This document shows positions 1-13,021 of a stretch of DNA of 64,000 bases, one piece after another. How positions within the stretch are numbered: position 1 is the stretch's first letter; every line of letters starts with the position of its first letter. This stretch comes from Adineta vaga (taxonomy: Eukaryota > Animalia > Rotifera). A program made the translations under genes and the position numbers. Location of the stretch: assembly GCA_021613535.1 (NCBI GenBank), contig CP075493.1:8432001-8496000 (forward strand), read 5' to 3'. The notes under the pieces were generated by a model. The model was not told the DNA's origin. It saw only the letters and a program-made list of their open reading frames with translations, and did not search any database.

Positions 1-475
1 ATCCACTAAAAATTGTATTTAAAAATTAGAAGAAAAAGAATAGGTTTGTTTGTCTGCGTACGTACATACAATCTTACATAAACATACACGCACACATCTG
101 TCTTTTTTACACATGTCGGACTGCCAGCATCACCTTTTTTTCGAACATAGTTACAATACACACAAAATGTGTCGAAAAAAGAAAAACCGAAGAGAAAAAA
201 ATACGGACGATAGCTAAAAAAGAAAGAATGTGAAACAAAAAAAGAAGATGAGCAAAAAACGAAAGGGAAAGAGAGCGAGAAAGAGGAAGAGAAAGAGAAA
301 GCGCGTAAAAACAACAAAACAAACGAAATGTGTCTTTAATCTTTACCAGTTCCTCCATACATAGTATGTAAATGATACTACGACTACCATCATACGAATG
401 AAAAAAAAAGGTTACCGATCAACAAATAGAAGAACACATAGAATGGGCTGATGTCGATTGTAGTTCATGAAAAAA

Positions 476-3400
476 TTACATCATTGTTTTGCTTTGTTGT
501 TGATGTTGTTGTGATCGTAGATTTGTTTGTAATGGTGGAGTGGATATTGGAGATGTTAATTGACTGCGAAAATACGCCCCTTTTTGAGCTAAAAAACAGC
601 AAATGTTATTCTTTAAGTTTTTCTCTATTGGATTGAAACTTACTTGAATCAATATTTGGTGAGGTCATCACTAGACAGAAGGGATTAAAATGATTTCTTT
701 CTTTTCAAATTATTCAAAACATACCTTTCTGTGGTGTTGCACCTGGTACATCTTTTCCACCGGGTGGTTTTTGTCGTCCATGAATTGTATTTTGTAATTG
801 TTTACGTACAAATTCACTTGTACAACGCGTCGTTTGAAAACTATTCAAATCGGATATATATATATATACAGATATATATTTTGTTTCGTCGTACCTTAAA
901 CAGTTCATCATTTGATTATTTAATTCTTCAGATTGACGACACTCAACAGAAGTTAAATTTGGCACCGATGGATTCATGAGATTATTTGTGTCTAATAAAT
1001 AATTGACGGTTAGTCAGAGATTGAGAGAAAAGTTTCTACGTACTATGTGAATTTTGTTGAATATTTGCCGATAGCGCTGCACTCATATTAGAATATGGCT
1101 AAAAAAGAAAGTAAAACAAATAAATGGGACTGTTCTATTACCAAAAAAATGTTCTTTCTTTCCTTCTTTCTTTTCTGCTAATTTGGATTTATATTCGGGT
1201 AGAGTCAAGGTCTTACGATCCGATGTGAACCAAGAGAAAAAGAAGAAATGTTGCCTTGAACTTACAAGCACAAATGAGAACGAGAGAACATCCGCTTATG
1301 AATGAGAATTAGGTTTGTGTTCAATTCACAATCTATGTCAGCCACTGTCGATATATATGTATGTTACTCAATCTTGGTCATGTACACAATCATTAGAATA
1401 AAAAGAAAAGAAGAAAATTCTTCTTCGGATCAATTGATCGGGTGCCTTATGTGCAAACTGAAGGACAATTACTAACCTAAATCTCTATTCTGTTTTATTT
1501 GATATCTGTCATCATATCAATAGTGACCAACAAACATTATGTGAGCCATTGATTAACCTATATTGTTGCTCTCTCTCTCTCTAGTTCAACATACCACCTT
1601 GACCTCTCCTTTTCTTCTTCATTCATTCATTCATTCATCCATTCTCTTTTGAGGGTGTGTACTCATTTATATATGTACGATGATGAATTAATATTGAACA
1701 TATGATACAACATTCACGATTATATAATCACTACTTCCGTTACAGAACGAGAATCATATGACAATAATTCATCAATGAAATCTTTATTTGAAAAAAAGAA
1801 GAAAAGAAAACTCAAGAATGTTTCGAGTTATTCAGTTTAGACGAACAAAGCCTTGAGATTATCAAACTGAAGTGAACCCTTCTTTTTTGAAGACCTTCAA
1901 TAAAGATATAAGAGAATGAGAGAAGAAGAGAGAGAGAGAGAAAAAGAGATTCTTTCTATTCCTTTCTCGTTTTTTTTTGTATTTCATATACACATACTAC
2001 ATTCAATTAGATCACTGTCGATCAATACATTATAACAAAAGTTAGTGTCTTGGTAATAATTATGATGAAATAACCTTGTAATCAATGGCAGTGACCTTGG
2101 TTGTGCATTTTCTTTTCGCCTTGAGTTTTATACGAATATACACAAGGTCATGATTTTCAAAACTGATACATCATATATATATATACGTGCATGTATATAC
2201 ATTCATAGGTACATTCTTTCTTCATCATGTATTAGGTTTGTATTTCAAATACTTATTCTTGTGCTTCTAAAACGAGTGAACACTTAATCAAAGATAGACA
2301 TATTCTTAGAATCTATTTTTAGTAATCTCTTCTCTTTCCGACCAGAAAAGAAAGAAATATACTCGTTCACTCTTACATTAATCATCTATAAATATATATT
2401 TTTTCTTTCTCAACGGCGCAAAATCAATGACGTGATTCGTTTCTTAGTTATCAATATGTCAGATAATAGAAACAAGAGAATTCTCTACAGATACATAAAT
2501 AGAAAGAAGTTATTTCTTTTTCTAAGGGCAAATATATAAATGAAAGTTATATTCAATCTAAAACTATGAAAGTATGCCTTAGCAATATTTTTTCCTAAGC
2601 GTTGTTTTGTCTTTCTCATGTTTTCTCTTAATTTTCCATTAATACAGTCACTATCTGAATCTTTCTCTATACAAATAAACAAAACAACTGTTCTTTTTCT
2701 CAAGTTAATAGATTTTGTGTTTTTTTCTCTCGTATTGCATATCTGGACATCAAACCAGTTTCTAACTTAAAATATTTCGAAGTATTTTTATTCAACGATT
2801 ATATCGACTGATAGAAGGTACGAAGAAAAATGCCCTTAAAAAACATTTGCCGTTTGTTTTATAATCACACAATCTTCTCTTTCCTCTTGACATCGAAAGA
2901 GATGACAACGTTATTTTTTTATTTTCACTAAGAATGTTCTTGAAACTAGTTGTTTTTTCATTCTTTTAGATTGAATGATGATATTCACAAGAAACTCAGA
3001 CAGTCAAAGGTAAGCGATAAAAACAATTTCTATTTCTTTGTATGACTGCGATAGAACCACAATTGCGAAAGAATAACATTGTCACAGATTAGATAATGAT
3101 CCTTCGCATTAAAAGAATACAACATCCTGAAATTCCCCACTGTTTCTATTGACGTGTCAGTCTAAATTATCTTGTACCTAAGTAGTTTTTCGCGCAACTA
3201 ACTTATACATATGTTTCTGCTATCTTCTATATTGTTACGAGATATCTATTACAGATATTAGAAACTAAAATTTCGTTTCAACAAAACACGTGTCCATTAC
3301 AATTGTATCTAGAAGAAGAGATGTCTGTCTTCCCAGAAACTGTTGATTTTATAGAAAAGTAGTAATGAAATTTGTGCAAAATGTTAGCAATAATACTTCT

Positions 3401-4671
3401 GATCTCTGTACTACATAATTGAACACTCTTTCTAACCATCTGAGGAAAAGACTTCAGATAATTTTAAGCTTTCAGTTTCAAAACAAGCAAACTTTTTGTT
3501 TTATGTTTGCTGAGATTATTTTGACACGAAAAGTTAAGCTGCATAGACAACCATAAAAATATTTCCCTAAAATTTGTTATTAACTGTCGTGAGATGAAGA
3601 TGCGAAGTCATCGATATTGTCGAGTAGAAATCAGTATGATATGTATGCGAATTGTATTAACATAGGTCTCATTTGATTGTACGATACATTCGTACATATC
3701 TCAAATCTGTATACGAGTGAAATTTTTTATATAGATTCTTTTGAGTACGCGATAAGTGATAAGATAAGAATATTTTCTTTTTCATCACGGTTATCTGTGT
3801 TTTTGAAAGTTAGCGACAATTTTAAATTATATAACCTTTCTCATATTTGATCGATGGATTTCTGGTTTTAAAATAAATTCTTTATTTCAGACCGAGGTGT
3901 TGAATGAAATATATACGTCCATTCGTATTTACATAACCTTCTCTTTTCATCACTAGCTTTTTCTCTCTACAAAGAAATTCATTGTTCTTATTTCGAAAAA
4001 CTCTGTTGGTTTTCGAGTTTTATAAAATGAAATTTCTTTCTTTGCGAAATATATTTTGATCCGTAGCACATCTTCGCTTATTCATCTAATTCTATTGTAA
4101 TATAATACCTGATGCATTGCGGTTTGTGCAGGAGGAGCGGATGATTGTTGTGGTGCCTGCATGACATTCATATGACGATTTTGTGGCATCTGTTGCTGTT
4201 GTTGTGGTAGTCCCGATGGTGATGATGTCATAAAAAGATCATGACCATATGGAAGATCCAGTGGATTACTATTCGTTAATGATGGTGAATATTGATGAAA
4301 ATCTTGTTGTAATGAAGAATTATTTCCAGTGGGCATCATCAAATCGTTGTAGGCATTCATCATCGCTATTAAAAAAGACAACTATGTCATTTCATTTTTC
4401 TTTAAAGAAAACATACGTCGATGTTGCTGCTGCTGCTGCTGTTGTTGTTGTTGTTGTTGTTGCTGTTGATTTGGTGGCATCTAAGAAAACGAAACATAAA
4501 TTAGTTTAAAAAAACGCAAAATGTTTTTATTTTACATGTGGTAATGTTACGTTCATCGACATATGTAATTGAAGTTGCTGATTATTTGGTTGCGGTGTTC
4601 GTTGTTGATGCATCAATGCTTGACGTTTATTCATTTGTGGTGGAAGATTACCTGTTAACATTCGCTGTTGT

Positions 4672-4703
<32 letters not shown>

Positions 4704-7700
4704 CTGTACGGAATAATAATTAGGAGCAACTTGATTCGGTGGTGGTTGGGCATAATTATTATACATTTGTTGTTGTGGCGTTTGAGATGGTTGACGATAG
4801 TACGTATTCGACATTTGATTTGGTGTTTGATGGTGTTGAACATGTGTTGGCGCTTGTTGTGAATACATCATCATAGAATTAGGTTCCATATGTCCTGTCG
4901 AATTTGTCGATGGTAGAAAAGATGTATTCATTGGTGATAAAGATACATTTGGCGGAAACGCATTATTATCGATCATATCCATTGAAAGACAATCAGGATA
5001 TTGAGAAGTCTAGAATCTCAAAAGTAAATACAAAACAAATATGATATGAAAAGAATGCATTATACATTGGATGGTAATGATTGCTGCTGTTGGATCTGAT
5101 ATGTATGTGTTGATGCTTGTTGTCGATACATAGACATCGATGGATCAGCATTAACTGCTCGATTCGATGGTATTGACATAGTCGAATTATCAGCAAACAA
5201 AAAATCACCGGTGATAGAGCCTAGAAAACATCAATGTGAGAAAGATTAAGATAAATATTTTATTAGAAAAGAAAAACAAAATTACTGAAAGGACTATTGT
5301 CAACTGGTAAATCGAGTGATGTTGGACCTAAACAATAGAACAACACTGAATTCTATTTTTTTTTGTTATTTCTTAAATTTAAAGAAACAGAACAACACTT
5401 CATTTGTTGAATAATTCAACAATTGACTCATAAACATCTTTTTATGAGATAAAAATAACCATTTACCGGGATTAAACGAAGTAACAAGTGTTTTATATAT
5501 TTCACTAATAGCTTTTTCATCCTTTTCACTACGTTGCGATGCTGTTGTAGGTGGAAATGATGAATCCATTACATTCGATGAATTTTGTGAAAGAATTGTA
5601 TCAATAGTTGTTGGATCATTTAAACACTAAAGAAAAAATTATGAAAATATATCGATTTGAAATGTAATGAAATTTTTCTTTTTCTCTTTTACTTCAAGAA
5701 AATCTCGACTGTCTAATAAAGTTAAGAAATCATCATTTGAGTTATTATTTCCGGTAGTAGCTGCTGTTGTTGAAGTAAATAAGTCATTAACAATAGCTTG
5801 TATACGACTATTATCACTCGATGTCGATACCGATCGATTTAATGCTGGTGGTGGTGGTGGTAGTTGTTGTTGTTGTTGTTTATTAACTGGAATAAAAGAT
5901 ATTTCATTAGGTTGTTGAGGATCAGAACTTAATAATGCAGCAAGATAATCATCTTTTGATGATGAACTTTTCGTCGATTGGGATAATACTGTTGGAGTAA
6001 GATATTGTTCAAGTGGATCAATAGAATTATTATTCGAAATTTTATTTGAATTATTATTGTTATTTAATGTTGTTGATGATGATGATGTTGAATTCATTGT
6101 AGAAAATATGGATGTATCATTTGAATCAAGATTTTGTAGAAGATCATAAAGTGGTGCATCTTTCTTTGTTGCTAACGTTGATGATTGTGATGTACCAAAT
6201 AATGAACGTATCAATGTTGATTGATTATTTGATACTTGAGTATTACTTGGTATTTTCTTCAATGATGCTGAAGATGATTTTTCTAATTGAAAAGTACGAT
6301 CATATATATCTGGTTCAGTTTTAATTATTGTAGAATTAAGCTAGAATAATGAAATAATAGGAAATTATTTGAATTTAAACGATCTACAACTTACTTGATT
6401 CAATGGACGTGTAGCAGCAATAGCTATCGATGGTGAAATGATTGTATGATCTTGACATTCAAGTTTAATATCATCTTTCAATTGTTGACCAAGTAATAAT
6501 TTTGGAAGTTTTCGTTGAGTTTGTAATTGCTCGTCACTATCCATTGAACGTTTCAAACTATTTATTGAATTAGTATTGGTAGTGGATGTCTGTCGTGTTG
6601 TACGACGAAGAACAATTGGCGATGCTTGAATTACTGTTGATTGTTCAGGATTTGACGGTTGATCAAAAAATGAGTCAAGTGAATTATCCGATAGAGTTGA
6701 TTGAGGATTTGATAAGAGATAATCCGTTGGCTAAAAAATCAAAGTTGAAGAGTTAAACAAAAAACCAATATCAAATATGTTTACATCTCGTTTTGGTCGG
6801 CCAGGTTTTCTTGGTGGCGAAATCGTATTCACTACATTCGTTCGACTACCAAAACTGTGTGAATGTTGTCGTTGTTTTTTCTTTGATTTTGCATCCCATC
6901 CTATTGAATCAGCTGTCTGATTCGATTGTAATGAAAATTGACTTTTAAATGATGAACGTGAATTATTAAATGATTTATTATTTCCAAGTAGTTGATTACT
7001 ACCACTCGATGCACGTTGATTGATTTTATTACGAGAATTGTAAACAAATGGGGCTTCAACAACAACTTTTTGTGGACGTACTTCATCATTGAGTAATGTC
7101 TAGACAAGAAAAACAAAGAATTACATGCGCATAAGAATGAATAGGATTGATATTCCTGTGCAGATAGATCTTATTCTTCTTACCCGAAGAAATATATCAC
7201 TACGTAATTTATTCGATGTACCAGTTGTATTTGTTGTTTGACCGCCGTCAAGATCATCACTAGTCACTGATTCAGTCTTAATCAAATGTGCAGAAGCAGG
7301 TGATGACCACGCTGAATTATTTTCTGGTGTTGCTACATCAGTAACATTGGTTCCAGATGATAATGTTGTAGATGGTGCTTGTCGACCAAGAATTTGTTTG
7401 AGAAGAATATCAGAGGATGTATTTGTATTATTTAAATTTCCATTTGTTTGGCTAGGATTTCGTCGACGTTTGGTTGGTGATGGTGAATCACTAGGTAATG
7501 GTGATACATGAGTAGTTGTTGGACTTTCAGCAACTTGTATAAGATCATCAAATGCATTTGAATGATGTTTATTTTCATTATGAAAATGTGGACTTGATGT
7601 TCTTGATGGTGGAGATTTTGTTGCAAGTAGTTGTCTTAAACGTGTTGAACTACGTGATTGATTTGAAGATGGAACTGAATGCGTGGCCATTGTCATAGGA

Positions 7701-10377
7701 CTTGATGCTGTTGTATAAATATCACTATTCGAAAATAATAACGATGTTGGATCAAGTAATTGTAATGGTGAAGGTGGTCTTTTATTTGCTGGTGAAGGTG
7801 TTGGTAAAAACGAATTTAAATCATTAGATGGAGACGCAGATGTAAATAGTAAATCGAAAGAATTTATCGGAGAAGACACGCTACCATGATTTGAATGAAC
7901 TGAAGAGAGACTAGATCAATAGATATAATAAGGTCGAGAGATCTGTTTACCTGAACCTAATGTAGGACTAAATGGTGTTCGTTTACTACCAAACTCAACT
8001 GTATCCGATGAAGAGACACCTACAAGAAAAACGAGTCCTCTTTTAATACAACTTATTCAAAGAATCAATCAATTAATTAGATTACTATCAAGTGTCGAAG
8101 ATTTTTGTACAATTGGTTTTGGAGATGGTGGGATATTTGATTGTGGTTGATTTTTCTCACTAGGACTAGATACTGGTGCTGATAGAGAATTTTGTACTTG
8201 TATAAGGGTACCCAACGTGCTGGAAACATGTTGTTGTAAACTATTGGATGCATTTTTATGCATACCTAACATTGTTAATGCAAATTGTGTACCAATAGGT
8301 GGTGTTGAGGTTCGTGGAGGTGGTAAAGATAACGATGTTGGTGGTGATGTAATTTGAGTTTTAGTTGTTATCGATGATGATGATGATGATGATGATGAAT
8401 ATGACTGTTGTTGTTGTTGCTGTTGTTGTTTACTTTTTTGTAGATCACGATTAGAAACAATGATTGCTTTCATTAAACGTGTTGCTGCATTACCATTTAA
8501 ATCACTGATATTATCAATTAAACTAAATAGGAAAGAAAGTATTTGAGTTATTTTAGTTCGGAAAATATTCATTGCAAGTTTTTACCGAACAATGGTATGA
8601 GTAGAAACGATAGATTCAGATTTGCCAGTTGTTGTATTAGAAAATAGTTTACTTTGAGTATTAACAAAAGCATAGATATCATCATGTAAACAAAAACGAT
8701 AGACAGAACTTTTTGATTCGCCTTTTTCAATAACTGAAAATCGATCCATTTCAAAATGTGAGAAAATTCTGATATCATATAAACTTTCAACATACCTTCT
8801 TGAAAATGTCTATTAATCAATAGAATATCACTTTCATGAACATAATCTCGAAAATTTTTTCCCAAATAATTCATATCAATCGTTTCACATTTCATATGAC
8901 TAGAATAGTAAAAAGGAAAGAGAATTTGATTCAATAAAGTCCAACAATGTTTTATTTTACCTTGCATCTAAACTTTCAAAATCATATTGTAGATTGATTC
9001 GTGAAGAAAATTGATCAAAACCCAAGAGAGCTGGTTTATCTTTCAATTCATTGATTGGTGGTCGACGAGCAATACATATTAGAAAAGTTTTATCACTACC
9101 AGATGGATCACGATGAAGAGCAACTGATACAACCATGGTAATATATGGTGCTGACTCATCATTTGTTCGCATCCGACAAAGGAATGTACGACCACGTGAT
9201 TGAACATTTTGTGGTTGATCAGTATTTGCAGTTGAAGCCAACGAATCACCTATGAAAAATATGATTTATTAGACAAAAAATAAAACAAATTTCAAGAACA
9301 ATTCAATCATACCGGAATCTTTTTTTGCCCAAGCTTTGCTAAACTCACTCACATCACTCGGATGTACACAATAGTACAAATTTCGTCCAGCAAGTTCGTC
9401 CTAGATAAAGAATTTTACTTTCGATTCATTGCATAAATTCATTCATTCAATTACTTGGGTAAATTTCAAATACTGTCCAACATTATCGCTCACAAAATCC
9501 AGTTCACAATTATGATTTATTGTAAAGAAGAAACCATCAAGAGCCTAGAGAAACAATAAGAATCATTCGATTCATTCACTGAGATTTGTTAATTTATATG
9601 CGAGTAAGTTATACTGATAATTATAAATACATATCTTGTTTTTTACTATAAGCTAATAAACTAGTTCATTAGGGAATAAAAGTAAAGAAAAGAAAATATG
9701 TTGATATTCTAACTCTGCTCACAATTCTTTAGTAATTATAACAGAAGCCTTCAGAGGGTTATAATACACATATACCGATGCATTGAATACTCTTGTGCTT
9801 TGACGAACACTCGAAAGGAAGAAAAGAAAAAAGGAAATAACAAGTAGTAATATAGTGGCTGCAAATGCTTTTTTTTCTTCTTTGACTCTTGTTCCAGACC
9901 ACATTATATCCTGTGTGCGTCTAGATACACACGACATAATGTGTAGCAATTTGTTTTTTTCGTCGTTGTCATCGGCATTCTTTCAACACACGCACACATA
10001 GAAAAGAAACAAAAAGAAAAAATCGGTATAGAAGAAAGAAACACTAATAATGTTCGTTCGTTCACACGCTTCTTCTTTTGATATATGGAAAGGATAACAG
10101 TAACTAAATTTTCCTACTATCTTGTTTTTTGTTAAAATCAATAATAATATAATAAAAACATGAACGTAAAACATACCTCGAAAAGAAGTGGTCCAAGTGC
10201 GTCATGCGCTAGTAATGCTGGTCTGGATGATGAAACATCCGACTGTTGAATAACTGATGCCGAATCTGTTCGTTGTCGATTATTTGTTGTTAAACCAGAT
10301 AGAGGTGAACAATTTGGCTTGAGAATTGTTGCTGCGGCTGATGGTGGTGATGATGATATTAAATGAATATCATCCAT
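476..10377 (-). CDS. p160 steroid receptor coactivator / Taiman-like (NCOA1/2/3 family), multi-exon
   Basis: Exon 1 (10177-10377) ends IQQSDVSSS...HDALGPLLFE and splices to ALDGFFFTINHNCELDFVSDNVGQYLKFTQ|DELAGRNLYYCVHPSD, matching the NCOA PAS-A signature. PAS-B lies at ~8587-9030 (...YRF...STHTIVR). LxxLL motifs: LRQLL, LRTLL, LPKLL, LYDLL, LAALL. A Q-rich tract follows. After a ~3 kb intron (1099-4108) come small exons with TSEFVRKQLQNTIHGR, like the Taiman C-terminal motif; stop TAA at 476-478. Splice phases were consistent at the junctions I checked. Confidence 0.85.
1205..2150. promoter_or_regulatory. Intronic cluster of (T/C)CAAGG-core nuclear receptor (NR5A/FTZ-F1/ERR-type) sites
   Basis: Eight CAAGG cores on either strand at 1205, 1252, 1595, 1849, 2071, 2092, 2117 and 2143. 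Two are perfect CAAGGTCA (2092-2099 minus, 2143-2150 plus). Function is inferred only. Confidence 0.4.
4422..4705 (-). repeat. CAG/CAA microsatellites encoding polyglutamine in the coactivator
   Basis: (TGC)n/(TGT)n runs on the + strand at ~4422-4467 and ~4665-4705 read as polyQ on the - strand. Confidence 0.8.
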
Positions 10378-11734
10378 TCGTTCGAAATACTATTCTATCG
10401 CATAGACATTCTTTGAATAAACAATAAAAAAAATATTTCAGTTATACAAATCACGTGGTACACCTGAAGGAAAAAATGTATTGATGCGTGCAAGGATATA
10501 ATATATTCAGAAAAAAAAAGGAAATTTCTTTTTTTCATTGGTTACATATTCGTTAGTATACAAAGGGTAAAAACACGATATAAGGTGAAAGAGCATATAT
10601 CTTCTCTGATATGTATACATAATGTTATTGATAATAAACTTACTTATGAGATAGATTTTCTTTCTTCTCTTGAATAATTATCAAATGATGAGTAAGAAGA
10701 AGAAAAAACGTAAACGTTACACAACAATACCGAACAAACAAACAAATAATAGTAATAATATAAATGATAATGATAACTCGAATTTAATAATGAAAATAAC
10801 TCGAAGGTTTCAATCACATTTAATGCTATATACAATCGTTTAATGTCGAACTCATATGATTTTCTATGAGGTAATAATAATAATTAGATTTCTAATCTAA
10901 AACAAAAGAAAGATTCTTATCATTAAGTAATTCAAATAAAACATTTTTGTTGGCCCTGGTTTTTGCTTGTTTTTTGATGAATGAATGATCGTCATCAGCC
11001 GACAATCGCCATTGTGTATTAGAATTCTGGGCGTGGTCCGCTACAAATATCAAATGCATTACCCCTTTACTTTTTTCGACCAATCAGAATTGAGTATGAG
11101 TAAAATCTGGATGGAGTAACCTTACTTCTCTAGTTCTCTTCTCTTCTCTTCTCAGCTCAGATTAATTAATGTACACCTACTCATTGTTTAAATTCCTAAA
11201 GTAATCAGACTAAATAACCAATTGATTATGAATTTCCGGATGAGAAACAAACAGTAGCAATTATCCTTCTGTGTTTTGAACTAGAACGAGAATTACTTTG
11301 GAACAAACGTGTATTGATTAAAATACTTATCTATCGGTCATAGTTCGTTCTTAAATATAGGAAATATCATAAAAAATGAGTTTTCATATATTTCATCTTA
11401 TTTATCTACTTTGTTGACAATATGTTATCAACAAATGATATGTGAACAGATGTTGAGAAGTATTTAATCATGATGTAATTCGAAGAAGATGATAGTAGAA
11501 AAATCTAACGTATATATACATATATATATTTTACTAAGATAACGATTTATTGTACAATATAGATGAAATGACGATAATCCAAGGTTTATGTCTTTTGATG
11601 AACTTATTATTATTATTATGCAAATATATTAAGAAAATATATACTTTTATCAATTATGCGAGAATATCTTTCATTCTTATACATACACAAAAGAAAAGAA
11701 GAAATGAAAAGGATAGAACTATATAGTATGACGA

Positions 11735-13021
11735 TTATGTCAATGATTCTTCGAAAAATGTCGGTGTTGCTGTTGTTGTCGATGATGTAACTGTTGTTCG
11801 ATTACGTAGAATATGAAATATATTTGTGAAACTATGTGGAACAACTCGTCCAAGTCGATAATTCAATAAGACACAAGTAATCATGGCAGCACACAGAAAT
11901 AATGCAATACCTAAAATGATCGATGTTACATATGTTGTTGCTTTCCACGGACTAGAATTCACATCTGTATATATTGTTGTTGAATCGATCTGTTCGCCAG
12001 GAGAAGTTGATGAAGTCGTATGGCTTTTTGTGGTAGTTATTGTTGTCAAATGTGTTGTCGATGTTCGTTTCGTTGTTGTTGTTGTTGTTGTTGTTGTTGT
12101 TCGATTTGGCCATTGTGCAAATGATACCAAACGAATCGTTCGTAATTGTTCATCAAGCCAAAAAAGATTTCGTACTTTATAAGTTATCAATGAAACAAGA
12201 CGTACATGGCCACTGGTTGTTAACCATATTAGATTATCATCATAAATAAACATCGATTGAATATCTGCTACTGTACTTGTATTTAATGGCAATACATCTT
12301 TTGTTAAAACAATACCATTTGGTGATAAAGTTAGTACATAAATTTTTTGTTGAGTACGATCAGCTGCATATAAACGATTATTACTCATTGCTAATGATGT
12401 TATTTCATTATAGACACTATCAATGAATAGACAAGATTGAAATGGTAATAGACGAAAACGACGATCTGCTCGACAATGAAGAATAGCTGATTGTTGACTG
12501 GATATTGCAATGCTTAAATAAAGATCAATTATATTATCATCAATTGTCTCATTAAAAATCATATCAAGAATTGGAGTTGTCGAATTCCAAAGACTTTCTC
12601 GAGACATTTCATTAAAATTCATTTGAATTATTCCGCGACGTACTGCCCAAAGAAGTGTTGCTTCACCTGATAAATAGGTTAGACTCGATCGACATGGTGT
12701 ATCATCGATAGGCATTAATGGTACAATATGTGATCCTACATGTAAATCAAGTGAATAAATCGTACTTGGTGAACAAACATAAATACGATTAATAAAATGA
12801 TTTGCTGTTAAACTTTGTAATGGATAAACTGCATCCGTATGATGATAGATAAGTTGTAAATCATCATTCGTATAATTCAATTCTTTAATTTGTGCTAGAT
12901 AAATATGTGATTCAGTTAAAATTCCAATAGCTGCATTGGTAATGTGACAATCAATAGATTGGGAAAAAAGTATAATAAAAATACAAAAAACTCGTTGATA
13001 AACTTCATTCATCATCATCAT
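11735..13021 (-). CDS. Single-exon type I membrane protein: signal peptide, YWTD/NHL-like beta-propeller, Thr-rich stalk, TM helix
   Basis: 428-aa ORF with a hydrophobic N-terminus, propeller-like blades (IYVCS, LLWAV, LYAAD, LIWLT), a poly-Thr stalk (12073-12100 GTT repeat) and TM segment SIILGIALFLCAAMITCVLL. Confidence 0.7.
   Translation of the reverse strand: MMMMNEVYQRVFCIFIILFSQSIDCHITNAAIGILTESHIYLAQIKELNYTNDDLQLIYHHTDAVYPLQSLTANHFINRIYVCSPSTIYSLDLHVGSHIVPLMPIDDTPCRSSLTYLSGEATLLWAVRRGIIQMNFNEMSRESLWNSTTPILDMIFNETIDDNIIDLYLSIAISSQQSAILHCRADRRFRLLPFQSCLFIDSVYNEITSLAMSNNRLYAADRTQQKIYVLTLSPNGIVLTKDVLPLNTSTVADIQSMFIYDDNLIWLTTSGHVRLVSLITYKVRNLFWLDEQLRTIRLVSFAQWPNRTTTTTTTTTTKRTSTTHLTTITTTKSHTTSSTSPGEQIDSTTIYTDVNSSPWKATTYVTSIILGIALFLCAAMITCVLLNYRLGRVVPHSFTNIFHILRNRTTVTSSTTTATPTFFEESLT

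Noticed and set aside
4249-5918. Plus-strand ORFs rich in V/A/L/C overlapping the coactivator
   Set aside because: They are antisense shadows of CAA/CAG-rich coding exons.
10492-10499. ATATCCTT on the minus strand, resembling a U12-type 5' splice site upstream of the coactivator ATG
   Set aside because: No TCCTTAAC-like branch point or suitable acceptor downstream; it lies just upstream of an ordinary polypyrimidine-AG acceptor.
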